Below are positions 27,601 through 40,600 of a DNA stretch of 64,000 bases, piece after piece. A program made the translations under genes and the position numbers. Location: NCBI GenBank assembly GCA_002104945.1, contig MCFH01000053.1, forward strand, positions 186,001 through 250,000. The letters are read 5' to 3'. This DNA comes from Piromyces finnis finn (lineage: Eukaryota; Fungi; Neocallimastigomycota). Position 1 is the stretch's first letter. Each line of letters starts with the position of its first letter. The notes beneath the pieces were generated by a model. The model made no database searches and was not told where the DNA came from. It worked only from the letters and a program-made list of their open reading frames with translations.

Positions 27601-28309
27601 TAATAATAATTTTACTATAGGTGATAATAGTATTCTATCAAAAGGAGGTGTTCATTTCATTGATTTCGTTAATGAAGAAAAAAAAGTTATTGTTGTTGCA
27701 ATTAGAGGTACTAGTACCTTTGAAGATCTTTTTCAAGATATTTACATTTGGAGTGCATCCGCCTTACTTCAATTATCCGGCTTTTTTGGAACATTTATTA
27801 AATTTTGGCCTAGAGATACTATCGCTTCATTAGTTAATTTTATTGTAAAGCAATTTACAAACTCTCAACTTTTATATTGGATTGATGTTGAAAAACATAT
27901 TTATGATTTGAAAATAAATACTAATTACACTTTATATCTTACTGGTCATTCCCTTGGTGGTGGTGTAGCTGGTGTTATCTCAGCTCATTTAGATATTCCT
28001 GCTATTACTTTTTCATCCCCCGGTTTAGGTTATTCATACAAAACCTATGGCATTGAATTAAATAAGTTGATGCATAATTTTGTTAATATAGTACCTATGT
28101 CTGATCCTATACCATTATTAGATTCACAAGTTGGGCAAATCCAAAATATTGAGTGCAAGTCAGAGCAACCATTAACATGCCATAAAATTATCAATACTAT
28201 TGATACCCTAAATAAGATGTGTGGTGAACAATCTGTCTATAGGTATTGGGATGATAATGAAGAGGAGATGATCAATGGGAACTCTTTTTTTTATAAGTTG
28301 GAAGAGTAA
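24620..28309 (+). CDS. intronless 1229 aa multi-pass membrane protein with C-terminal class 3 (Atg15-like) lipase domain
   Basis: Several hydrophobic TM blocks, then VVAIRGT, YLTGHSLGGGVAG (GxSxG), ITFSSPG, DPIP and TCHKI. Confidence 0.85.
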   Translation: MKGNDNNNNNNSIEYRNYMKINIAESENEIDITYKDKGSDNNKNKKIIYKNNINLENDIENKSNYRVIIEEKVVNEDKETINEIDITGDKKNLKFINKNLFNDTTKIEREKYTLNNKDKHDSIKNNNFDDDKIDIFIQNGLESNITDSIKFNSEYNSRDQFIHEDNKYSFKPSIFEDVINGPRGPDVRLHRYNIIVGVLKILIGVFATAGIILLTVIMLCITINVGYVCVQIDKINSFVQMLFFIYYFDSLYKINRSIWRTYLRFIHTIVNSKFGSSMNDIFIKRILGYFISEKITYMTLPDRYKTHPKDWYEKINLTVFVVFVFIILLPFPLISICFGYWKITEIICLLFVGGGAITILSLNFFSRGILYLKFFRRLDEYYYNAPSYIDIKERVNNQTNYLRIIYCNTNSFECGINYINYVLERLIAMLAGISVASVFFGSFDPDVIKLSFMFGIILILIPVRFRNQVYRLIVKMKIVSKSKLEDSDLQNKLKIKKQMNEAHKQYIISKRKSKQYLHNQNQNQNIKKTVYDPVSDNDENYLKAHVGENHLDDVYSNSLFKNGYDNNLYSSSHNNTNTSMTNNKNKYLGDEEENIKESQSDFENNENDNFDNIINTDDRNIYSKAILTWNIENLKSWKGCLTVFFVRLIKNIIGIGSMAFLNYYRYSNNFDSFDIETTNSLLVDIFTHLTFLIVLLGQDVIQLIPASSDFMSMKKRKIIFISLLIFEFCLVIIMRIVITNNYIPMAFIIIAYSNFIIYPDPRYTWDDESVERKTFFDLFKPNIDLRSEISYRHFGKSRGFINKKWKKDIPTVDISQVNNENENENLYETLSKEDKFTQPVAISMKNKCNSSYNNINYDQGNNDSEYTNNLKNNITNDNKKEPTVQLYKTIQTIRKEIQYKRNVRARYNSYAILFVTTIVVVTSILISIVLANSQNYKMFSFIDNSNFINQKPAICQWNISGITINEFSSLAHACYYDTIDDVFHSWLYSRPKTSNNNFTIGDNSILSKGGVHFIDFVNEEKKVIVVAIRGTSTFEDLFQDIYIWSASALLQLSGFFGTFIKFWPRDTIASLVNFIVKQFTNSQLLYWIDVEKHIYDLKINTNYTLYLTGHSLGGGVAGVISAHLDIPAITFSSPGLGYSYKTYGIELNKLMHNFVNIVPMSDPIPLLDSQVGQIQNIECKSEQPLTCHKIINTIDTLNKMCGEQSVYRYWDDNEEEMINGNSFFYKLEE

Positions 28310-28591
28310 AATGAGGAAATAAAAAGGAATACATTATATTAAATTAAGAATATTATATTATTGTATTCTAGAATATATAGAATATATCAATTATATAGTC
28401 TTTATTTTTATAAATATTTATAAAAAATGTTATAAAATAGTATTTATATATTATTATATATATATAAATTTTCATATGTAATTATAGATTGTGTAACCAA
28501 TGTAAAAGAAAATTTATTAATTTTTTTTTTTTTTAATTTATATAATTTTATTTTATTTTTTTTTTTTTATAAAAATTCTATCTTTTTAAAT

Positions 28592-28642
<51 letters not shown>

Positions 28643-28663
28643 AAAGAATAAAAATAATAAATT

Positions 28664-29755
28664 ATGGCAAATGCTAAATTAGAACTAAGTTATTACTTTT
28701 CCAAAGTAATCAGTATATTTTATAATTTTTTCGGTTGGATATTAAGCTTCTTTACTAAAAATAAAAATATTGAAGAAATAAAAAATGAAACAAATAATGA
28801 ATGTGAAACTGTAAAAAAACTAAAAAATAACATAAGAAAAATTTATTATAAATGGTGTTTAAATATCATAAAGCAATATGAAATTCCAAAACATATCGGT
28901 TTTATTATGGATGGTAATAGAAGATATGCAAGAATGAATAATATTAATCCATACGTTGCTCACTTAAGAGGTTTTGAAAATTTAGAATTGGTATTTATTA
29001 TATATATTTCAATAATATTAATGAAAGTTGTTTAAAAATTATAACAAATTTCTAATTTTTTATAAAATAAAATGTAATTTAAAATCTGATTTAACGCTAT
29101 TTAAAAAATCAAACAATAATTTTTATAACAATATGAAATTTAAAAGAATTTAGAATGGTTATTATATATGGGTGTTAAGGTAGTTACTGTTTATGCTTTT
29201 AGTATTGAAAATTTTAAAAGAACTAATAGTGAGGTTCAGGCTCTTTTTGAAATCACAAAAAACAAAATGAAAGAATTTAATACACATGGGTATTTTTTAA
29301 TTCATTAATTTACGTAAAATAATATATTTATCTTAAAAATCTTAATAGTGGGTTTTAATTATTTCTTATACTAAATATAAATGTTTGAATAGTCATTTTC
29401 TTTCTGAGAGCGGAATTAAATTAAATGTTCTTGGTGATTTATCTTTATTACCTCCTGATGTTAATGAAGCTATCAATGAGGCTGTAGAAAATACAAAAAA
29501 TAATAACAAGTAATATTAATCATTGCAATTATATATTATATTATTTGGAAAAAAAGTAAAATTCTTAATTGTTCAAAAATAAATTAAATTATAATGTATA
29601 AATTTTTATTTTAAAATATTATTATATATTTTCAACAAAAAGTTTCATCTTAAATATTTGCTTTGCATACACTTCAAGATATGAAATAACAAATGCTATA
29701 AAAAATGTAGTAAAAGATGTTCAAGAAGGAAAACTTAGTAGCGAGTATGTTAATA

Positions 29756-29786
<31 letters not shown>

Positions 29787-30202
29787 ATCCTTATATATTT
29801 AAATCAAAAATTAAAAAAAAATTTTTTTAAAAATTATATATATATAAAATAGTGATATTACTGAAGAAACTATTGAAAAGAAATTATTAACAAGTAGTTG
29901 TCCTCCTGTAGATATATTAGTAAGAACTTCTATGGAAACTCGTTTTAGTGATTTCTTATTATGGCAGGTAAATGCTTATTAAATAATAAGATTCACCATA
30001 TAATTTATTCATGTAATAAATACTTATTTGTAACAATTCGTTTAATTTATAATATGTATAGATTTGTGACGATACCCAAATTCATTTTATTGATGTTTAC
30101 TGGCCAGTTTTTAACTTTTGGAATATGATCCCAGTAATTTTATCTTATCAAAGAAATTTATTACATAAAAAACAAAATATTAATGACAAGAAAACTCAAT
30201 AA
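28664..30202 (+). CDS. RER2: cis-prenyltransferase / dehydrodolichyl diphosphate synthase catalytic subunit, multi-exon
   Basis: IPKHIGFIMDGNRRYAR, VTVYAFSIENFKR, DILVRTSMETRFSDFLLWQ, FIDVYWP; stop TAA 30200-30202. Confidence 0.93.
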
Positions 30203-30556
30203 ATTAAACTTTATTATTATCGATTTTATCATTATTTATTCAAAATTTCAGTTATATTTATAAATTTTTAAATAAATTTTATATTTAGGTTTTTTTTTTA
30301 ATAAATAGAAGAAAAATCATTAAAACGATAAATAATTTCATAACAAAAACCCTCTTAATATTTTAAATAATTGTTTTTATTATAAAGCAATAAAAACGCA
30401 TTAATAAATTATTACAATTTGAAATTAAAATAAAATACTATAATATACAAAACAAATATATATTTATTATTTTTTTATTATCTTTTAAAGTTTAAGATGG
30501 TTTTAATTTGATGTTAACCAACAAAAAATTTTCTAATTAGTATAAATAGGATAAAA

Positions 30557-30595
<39 letters not shown>

Positions 30596-31417
30596 ACTTT
30601 AAAGATAATATATAAGAAATCAGTTTATTACTATATAATTTCATTAAGAAATGATTTTTTAGTAAAATGTTAATACTTTCATTTATTTCAATACTAAATC
30701 ACAAAGTTTTACATATTTTTTTTTTTTTTATTTTATGAATATTATTTTTTTACTTTTTTTTTTTTAAAAAAAAAACATTTTTTTTGTGTGATGTTGACAT
30801 CTTTCAGACACTAAATTTAGTATAATTTAATGTTAATATATTTAATTAAAATTTTTATATATTGAAAGATTTTGAATTTTATTTATTATATTTTCTAATT
30901 AGAGTATAAAATTAAACTTAACACATTCTATTTTTTTTCTTTTTCAAATTAAAAATTAAAAATTATTAATATAAAGGGGATAAATTTCAAAACTAAAAAG
31001 CTATTATAATATTGATTATTATAATAATAAAGTAAAAAAAAAAAAAAAAAAAAAAGAAAAAAGAAAGTAAGAAAGCGAAATACATTATATAAAATATATA
31101 TATAATAATAAAAATAAAAGCAAAATGAAAGTAATAAATAAATTAAATATAAATTCGTAAAAAAAATTTTTTTTCAAAAGTCTAAAAATAAATATATGAT
31201 ATTTATAGTACTTGAAATTAATAATAAGGAATAATAATAATAATCATAAAACAAAAGGAAATATATATTATATAACAATAATAATTTGTTATTTTAAATA
31301 TTTAGATAAATAAATAAATAAATAAATAATTAAATAAAAAGTACTAATATAAATATTTATAAATATTAAATTTTAAATTATTAATTCTATAAAACAAAAG
31401 CAAATGAAAATTTCAAT

Positions 31418-34400
31418 ATGAGTGAATTCGCAACTTATTCGAGTATAGATCAGGATTTATCGGCACATAGCAAAGAAAATCCAAATATCATTAATTACAA
31501 TAATGGTATAAATTCATATATTAAATCAAGAAGTAATGCTTATTCATTACCCTTAGAAATTCAAAATCATAAATCATATACTACAGATTATGATGATAAA
31601 TATAACAAAAACAAAGTAAATATATAACATATAAGTACTTTATAAACTTTTTTTATATAAAATAATATAATTAGGAAAACTTTATATATTTATATATTGT
31701 ATTATTTATATATATATTTATCGAAAATTTTCAATAAAATTAAAAATTTTAAATTAAAAATAATAATGTAATAATAGCAAATTCATTTTAAAGACAATAA
31801 ATCTGAATATGTTCATAGTAATATCGATAAAATTAATATTACAATTTTAGTAGGATTATCATTAATAATCCGTTTATGGAAAATTAGTAATCCAAAGGAA
31901 GTTGTTTTTGATGAAGTTCATTTTGGAGGTTTTGCTAACCAATATTTAAAAAGAACCTTTTTCATGGGTAAATATTAAAACAATAAAAGAATTTAATAGT
32001 AAAGAATATATAAAAATTTAATGTGTATAATAAATATATATTTGTTTTATAATTTAAAGATGTTCATCCTCCATTAGCTAAAATGATGTTTGCTTTGGTA
32101 GCGTATGTATTAATATATTTATTTAATATAAATATTACATATATAATAAACACGTATATATTATACATACTTATATTAATTATATATTCTTTTATATGTA
32201 TAAATTTAATCTTAAAAATTATATAAAATAGTTTTCTAAGTGGATACAAGGGTGATTTTTCATTTGAAGAAATTGGTTTATCTTACGAAGATGGTGTTCC
32301 ATATGTAACCATGAGATTATATAGTGCCCTTTGTGGTATTTTAGTTGTCCCAGTATGTATATTATAAATTATTTATTTTATAAAAAATGTATATATATAT
32401 ATATTCATTTATATATATTGATAAAATATATACATATAATTAATAATTACATATATTTCAAAATTTACATAACAGATTGGTTATTACATTATAAAAGGAT
32501 TAAAATTTTCAAGATATGCTGCATTTTTAGGAGCATTATTTATTATTTTTGGTAAGTAGAATTAAAATTTAATATATAAATATTAAAATATTAATATTTA
32601 AATCATTTATATATTAAAAAATAATTTTCTTTATATGCATTAATTATTTAGAAAATGCATTAATAACTCAGAGCCGGTAAAAATAATATAAATAGTTATA
32701 AATTTCTCTTTAAATTATATAAGCCAACTAATTAGTTTATTATGAATACGAAGACTAATTCTTTTAGATTCACAATTAATTTTATTTGCTGCTTATACTC
32801 TTTTATCATGGGTTAACTTTATTGCTAATAAAGAATCGTAATTATCTAGATAATGCATACATATATTTTTAAAATATACAAGTATATAGAATTGAACCCT
32901 AAATTGACAATTATTGATTTTATAAATTTAAAATAGTCCATGGACTAAATCTTGGTGGTTTTGGTTAGCTTCCACTGGTGTTGGGTAATTTTAAAAATAA
33001 ATCGTATAATTTTAAGTTTTAAATATTATTCATAATTTATATATTTATGTATTTTTAATATAAATAGTTTGGGTCTTACCTTTAGGTATAAAAAATAGTG
33101 ATATTATTAAAGATTTATTGGATAAATAATGAATAAGAATTAAATTTATAATTAAAATTTTTATTTAAATAAACTTTAATTATTATAAAGTGTCAAATGG
33201 GTTGGTATGTATAATACAACTTATTCATTTAAAAATTTATTTAGATAAATTTTTTTCTAATTGTGATTTCTTTTATAAATTTGTGTAGGTCTTTTCATTA
33301 TTGCAACTATTGGTTTAGCAACAATAAAAGATTTGTGGGACATTTTAGGAAATGTTGATAACTCAATGGTAAATTATGCTAAAAATAAATATAACTATTA
33401 TACCTTTGTATTAAATAATTATAATTTTTATTATTATTAATTTTAAATATATTTCATTAAATAAAATACAGTATCAAGTTGTTAAACACTTCATGGCTAG
33501 AGCTCTTTGTTTAATTATTGTTCCATTAAGTTTATATGCTTTCTTTTTCAAAATCCATTTAGCCATTGTAAGTAAGAAAGGTGGAGGTACCACATTTATG
33601 TCAGCAGAATTCCAAGCTTCTTTTGATGATAACAAACCAAAACCAACTTATTATGATGTTGCCTATAGCTCCAGAGTATATATTCGTCATATTAATACCA
33701 ATGGTGGTTTTCTTCATTCTCATGATTCCACATACCCAACTGGTTCTAAGCAACAACAAATTACCCTTTATGGTTTTGCTGATTCCAATAGTGAATGGTT
33801 AATTATTCCACAAAGAGATACTGAAAATTACAAGTTTGGCCAATATATTAAGGATGGTGACACCGTTAGATTACAGCATGTTCCAACCGCTAAAAGACTT
33901 CATAGTCACGATCATAGGTAGTGTTACGAGAATTATTGAAATAATATTGAAGAAAAATATAATATAAAATAATATAAAAATAATATAAAATAGAATGCTT
34001 ATTTTAATGTTTATTTTATATACATAATTATTTCATATTTTAATGTAATTATTATTTGTATAAAGACCTCCAATGTCAGAGGAAGAATACCAAAATGAAG
34101 TTTCTGGTTATGGTGGTCCAGGAACTCTAGATCCACATGATAATTGGGTTATTGAAATTGAAAAAGGAAGAAATAAAGAGTCAAGAGAATATGTTAAGAC
34201 TTTTGACACTGTATTCCGTTTAAGACATAAGAATACTGGATGTTATCTTTTTAGTCATCCAGTTTCCCTTCCTGAATGGGGTTTTGAACAACAAGAAGTT
34301 ACTTGTGGTACAGATGTTTTAAGAAAGAACACTTTATGGCGTATTGAAATGAATAATAATAGTGAATGTAAGTTATTGTAAGAATAATGCTAATATTAAT

Positions 34401-35446
34401 AAGATTATTTATACGTTTTAATATTATTATTTTTTAACTGATAATAAATATTTGATTTTATTTATAAAGTTAACGAAAAAGATCATAAACAAGTTTTACC
34501 AAGAAAACTTAGCTTTTTAGAAAAATTAGTTGAACTTAATATAGTTATGTTTAAGGTTAACAGTGGTTAGTAATTTATTATAATAATACATTGTAATATA
34601 ATTTTGCAAATTCTTGTATATCTTTTGATGTTTTATTAATATGCAAATATGCATACACACACACACTCATATTTATTTCTATTTCTATTTCTCAATATTC
34701 AATGTATTAAAACAGAATTAACTGGTTCTCATCCATTTGAAAGTAGACCACCACAATGGCCATTCCTTAAGAGAGGTAATTTGTATATTATATATAATTA
34801 AAATTTCTTAATATTAAATTAAAATATTATTTTAAATAAAATCAGGTATTAGCTTCTGGGGTGCTTCTGAGAGTAATACTGGTTCAATTTATTTGTTAGG
34901 TAATCCATTTGTATGGTATTTGGGTACAATTTCTATTTTAATATATATGGTATATTTCTTCTTATTTGAAATTGTTAAGCAAACTAAAATTGGTTTATCG
35001 AAAAAAAGTAATTTAATTTATATATATATATAATATATAATTATACGTTTTTATTTTTATTGTTCATCTTACTCATTTCATTTTCTTTATAAATAGTACG
35101 TAAAGCATTGTTTAAACTTGCCTATCCTGGTGGTTTAATATTTACAGCATGGGCAGCTCATTATTTCCCATTCTTCCTTATGGGTCGACAACTTTATATA
35201 CATCATTATTTACCATCACTTTATTTCTCCATATTAATGTCTGCTATTATTATTGATACTATATTCATTGCTCGTTTTAGACAACCAACAACAAAACTTA
35301 TTATTATTATTTTCTTTTCTTTTATTGCCATTTATTATTATAAGAAATTTTCACCATTAGCATATGGTACCGATATGAAGCAAAGCAAATGTTTTACATT
35401 GAAATTAAAAGACACCTGGGATATTGATTGTTCAAAGTTTATATGA
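31418..35446 (+). CDS. PMT1: dolichyl-phosphate-mannose protein O-mannosyltransferase (PMT1-like) with MIR domains, many exons
   Basis: VVFDEVHFGGFANQY...FFMDVHPPLAKM, GLTFSVKWVGLF, HDSTYPTGSKQQQITLY, FRLRHKNTGCYL, SRPPQWPFL and GRQLYIHHYLPSLYF; subfamily call tentative. Confidence 0.92.
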
Positions 35447-35615
35447 AGCAAAATAAAATAAAAATCAGAACAAAACTAAACTAAATCAAAAAAAAAAAAA
35501 GAAATATTTAAATATCATATACAATATAATCATTATCAACATAAAAAAAAAAAAAAAACATGTTTTGCATAATTATCTAATAATAAAGAAAAATTATTAT
35601 TTGGTATTATTTACC

Positions 35616-35657
<42 letters not shown>

Positions 35658-36098
35658 TGATAATTAAAATAATAATGATTAATTGTAATAATGATTATAA
35701 CTATTTTTAAACTATATTGATAATTATACCAAAAAAAAAAAAAAGAAAAAAGAAAAAAAGAGAAAAAGAGAAAATTTATTAATACAATAATATAATATTA
35801 AAATAATTAAAATTTAACAATACTACCTAAAAATATTTTATAGAATGATTTCTTATTTTTTTTTTTATTAAAAAATATATAAATATTTATTAATTATACT
35901 AGAAATTATAATAATTAAATAAATTTTAAGATAATGAATTTCCTTTTTTTTTTTTTTTTTTTTTTTTGTATTATACTTCGATATTATATTATTTAAGTGT
36001 TAAAAAGGTAAAATATATTTAGAGTGGTAGTAAGTAATAAAAATAATAATAAAGATAAAATATATTGATTTTTTTTTATATATTATGTATAAAAAATA

Positions 36099-36137
<39 letters not shown>

Positions 36138-36949
36138 CATTTTCATTTCCATAATATCCAAGCAATTTTAAACCATTTTGTCAACAAATTAATATATGAA
36201 TCAAATTATTGATGATGGCTAAAAAAAAAAAAGTTGAAATTGGTAAAAATTTTGAAAAAGCTGTTAGCCAATAATTATTTTAATTTATAAATGTATTATC
36301 CTACTTTAATTTAAAAATAGTATATTATTTATATTTATATTTTAGAAATGGGTTTTTATAATTTAAGACATTTCTTTTTTATTGTAAATAAACATTTTCA
36401 TATTGGATTTATATATTAAATATTATAACAATTTTATTCAGTAATAAAATAAATTAATATTGAATATATAGGCTTTTATTATTGTTATTATAGTAATATT
36501 CAACTCCCTTTTAATAAATTAAAGAATTAATTTAAAAAGTATAACACACGTAAGTGTTTATAACAATAAATAATGATTTCACAATACATTTAATGTTTAT
36601 TTATGTTTTTTTTTTCTTATATATATATATATAAATATATAAATATATTATATATAAACATTAGGTCTATATTTTAAAATTTTTGAAAATAGCTTTAGAA
36701 ATTCAGAATTCTAAAAAATAAATAAGTTTCCTAAAATAAATGTAATTAGTAATAATAATAAGAAATATATATACTATAAAACCTTAAGATTGTGAATAAT
36801 GTTTAGTAATTATATAGTGTTAAAATATACAAAATATGAATGAACATAATTATTAATAATGTATAAATAAAATAAATATAATATATTATTTCAAATATTT
36901 ATATATCCATATATATAAAGATCTTTATATAAATTATTCAAATAACATT

Positions 36950-37654
36950 ATGGAAGAAGATACTTTAACCATTATAACATACAATATTCATCATGGTGCT
37001 GGTGTTGATCAAAAACTCGATCTTCAACGTATTGCAGATATTATTAAACGTGAAGATCCGGATATTGTAGCCTTTCAAGAAGTTGATTGCAAAGCTTCTC
37101 GTTCCAAAGGAATTGATGAACCTAAAGTACTTGGGGAACTAACAGGTTACAAATCATTCTTTGGTAAAGCTATTAATATTAAAGGTGGAGAATATGGTAA
37201 CGCTATTATTGCCAAAGATCAAGAAGCAACTCTTGTCAAACATATTTCTCTTCCAGGAAATGAATTACGTTGCATGTTTGCTGTTCAAGCTAAAAGTCCA
37301 AAAGGTACACCATATGTTTTTGCATGTACCCATCTTGCTCTTGAAGAAGAAAATTGCATTAAATCAACTGAAATTATTGGAGATTGGGTTAAGGAACTTA
37401 AAGTTCCTTCAATTCTAGTAGGTGATATGAATTGCACTACTGAATCTCCAATATATTCATCTTTCACACAAACATGGGATGGCACATGGGGAAATAAACC
37501 ACTTCCAACATTTCCAGCTAGAAAACCACGTTCTGCCATTGATCATTGTTTCACATATCCAAAACAAGCCTGGGAAGTAAAAGAAATTAAAGTTATAGAA
37601 GAGCCTGTTGCATCCGATCATCGTCCACTTAAAGTTACTCTTGTTCTTAAATAA
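36950..37654 (+). CDS. intronless endonuclease/exonuclease/phosphatase (EEP) family protein, bacterial type
   Basis: TYNIHHG, PDIVAFQEVD, YGNAI, THL, GDMN, IDH and SDHRP metal-binding motifs. Confidence 0.92.
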   Translation: MEEDTLTIITYNIHHGAGVDQKLDLQRIADIIKREDPDIVAFQEVDCKASRSKGIDEPKVLGELTGYKSFFGKAINIKGGEYGNAIIAKDQEATLVKHISLPGNELRCMFAVQAKSPKGTPYVFACTHLALEEENCIKSTEIIGDWVKELKVPSILVGDMNCTTESPIYSSFTQTWDGTWGNKPLPTFPARKPRSAIDHCFTYPKQAWEVKEIKVIEEPVASDHRPLKVTLVLK

Positions 37655-40600
37655 AGTATTGAACTATTAAAATTAAATGAAAAATATCTTTCTTTTTTTT
37701 ATTTATAGAACTATTTTTAATTTTTTAAATAATTTTTTATGTTGTTAAAACATTCATTTAAAGTATACTTTATTTTTATATTCTATTAAAAAAACACATA
37801 CTTTTAAAAGGATATAATTAAGAATGTTTATTTAATATTTTGATATTATATACAGACAATTTATAAAATATATTTAAATAATCTTTACTTTTTAAATAAA
37901 GGTATATATAATTTATTGCTTTTTATTTTTTTTAAAAAAATATTTATTATATTATAGTAATTTTAACAAAATTAGTTTTTCATTTATTTATAGAGATACT
38001 ATAGATTATCTGCTTAATTAATATTAATAAATATACAAAATACAGTCGTATATCTGATTTTTATTTATGTATGTATTATAAATTTCCTAATTAAGATGAG
38101 GATAGGACAATCTATCCTGAAAATTCGGATAAATCAAACAAAAAAAATAATAAAAAAAAAATATTTCAATCATAAAATTTATAAATTTAGTTTAATAACA
38201 GAATAGAAGCAGATATATGAATAAAATCTTTTACACAAATGGTATGTGTTAATTTTTAAAAATACATATTTGTATCACATAAATAATATTAATTTAAAAC
38301 TTTGATACTTTACCATCATTTGAATCACTTCTACAAACGAATACAGATTAATAATGTTTTAATTAAATATTTCTAAATTAAAAATTACAATTATATTGAT
38401 AAAAGAATTTAAAAAAAAACACACAAAAAATGTTTAGATTATTACATTATTATCTAAACATTTATATAAATACAAAAAGAAAAAGGATTGTATATTATGA
38501 AAAAACATAAGAAAATAAAAAGGTTGAAAGTGAAAATAAAAATAATTTCATTTTTAATATTATTATGTAATAAAGAATTTATGTTATAAATTAATATTTT
38601 TTTTTTGAGAAAAACTGTTCTATAATACAAAAAAAATTATAATTGATTAAAATTCAATATAAATCATCTAATATTGAATGAAAAAATTTTATTCAAAACT
38701 GAATAATTAATATAATATTTGAAATATTCAGAATGAGATAGTAAGGAAATTTAAAATGAATATTTAACAATAAGATAATACATTTTATTTATTATTTTTA
38801 GAGGAATTAATATTATTTTAAGGTAGTTCGTTTATTAATTTTTGTTTTAATTATATAATATAAATATAATATGATATATATTTAAATTATATATTTATTA
38901 CACTATTTTTAAAAGTATTATGGATGAAAATCTTTATCTGTAACCCTTCAATTATTATTTCATTGGTGACATAAAAATCTTGTTTAAGCTTATTTCATTT
39001 CCTATAAATATATTCCATTATTATTAAATCACATTATGAACCAATGATTCCATCTTTAAAAATTATCAATAGATTTTTAAATAAATTTATGTGATTTCAT
39101 CTAATAAACTATTATTATAATAATTTATTCGATGAAGAATTATTGTACTAAAATTCTTTAGAGAGATTCATTTATATCATATAAAATAGTATTTATATGA
39201 ATATATATAGATAATGTAATTTTTATTTTATTTTATTTTTTTTTTTTTTTTTACATATATATAATTTTTTATTAAATTTCTAGATAAATTATAATAATTT
39301 ATATGATAACTATAATGTTTGATGAAAACTCTATTTTTTTTATAAACTTTCAAATGTAATCTTTTTTTTTTTTTTATTATGTAGAAAATTCTCTATAATC
39401 TATTTCATTTTTTATTATATATTATTTTATAATTCCTTTTTTAGAAAATTTATAGATAATTTCCTTTTATGATAAAAAGTTTAAAATTAAGAAATAAAAT
39501 GAATCGATTATCTTATGGTAAAATTATTTAACATAAATAAAAAGAACCATTGAATAATGTAAAATTACTTTTTTATATTTATGAAGGTTTTATTATTTAA
39601 TTAGAATATCCTACAAAATCTTTTTGAATAACAATAACTTCATTTATTCATTTTATTATTGAAGCATTCAAAAATTTTATTGTAATAAATATTTTGTATT
39701 TTGAATGATAAAATTTTATATATAACACTAATAGTACTTTATCTTAGTTTTCCTTTAAATTTTATACAATATACAATATATTTATTATATATTACATGAG
39801 AAAAAAAAAATTAAAATTTATTGCAATTGATGCTTTTTTAAATTATTATAAAAACTATTAGGTGACACTTTTTATTTTAAAAGAAAATTACTTATTGTAA
39901 AAATAAAAACTTTAAAAACAACTTTTTATTTTGTATGAGTCATTGTTTGTAGAATTTAGTCAAGTCTTTTTTTAAAATAAAATTTTTTTAATATAACAGT
40001 TTATACATTGATCTATAATGATTTTTATTATTATAATAATTAAAAAATCAACTTTTACTCATTATCTTACTATGTTATTAAAATTCATATTATAATTATA
40101 GTATTATTTAAATAACAATTCATTATATCTTTTCTATAATGTTATTGACATTTTTTAAAAGTGAATTTTTATTTTTAATGTTATTATATATGAAAAAAAA
40201 AGAAGATGTAATTAAATTTTAAAATTTTTAAAATTATATATGATTATTTTTTTAATATACCTTAATTTAGTTTAAAACATTTCTTTAAATGACATTATGG
40301 TCATTTCAACTATGTGATATTAGAATAAAAATAAAGTTTACCTTTTTTTTTTTTTAAACAAAAAAAAAATTAAAAATTTATGGTTTTGAAATTATAACTT
40401 TATTCAAAAAATAATAATAACAATAGCTATAAATAGAACAATTATTTCATAAAGAAAAATAAGGTTGTAATGAAATAATTTATTCATATGAAACTAATTA
40501 TATCATCTTTATATACTTTTATTTTAGATCATGGATAAAAGTGTGAAAATTTAGTCTATAAATAGGATAATTAATGTATTAATATATTGTCATTTTTTAA

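Noticed and set aside
28596-28639. A44 tract after the intronless lipase gene as a retrogene poly(A) tail
   Set aside because: No matching TSD found upstream, and long A/T tracts occur throughout this window
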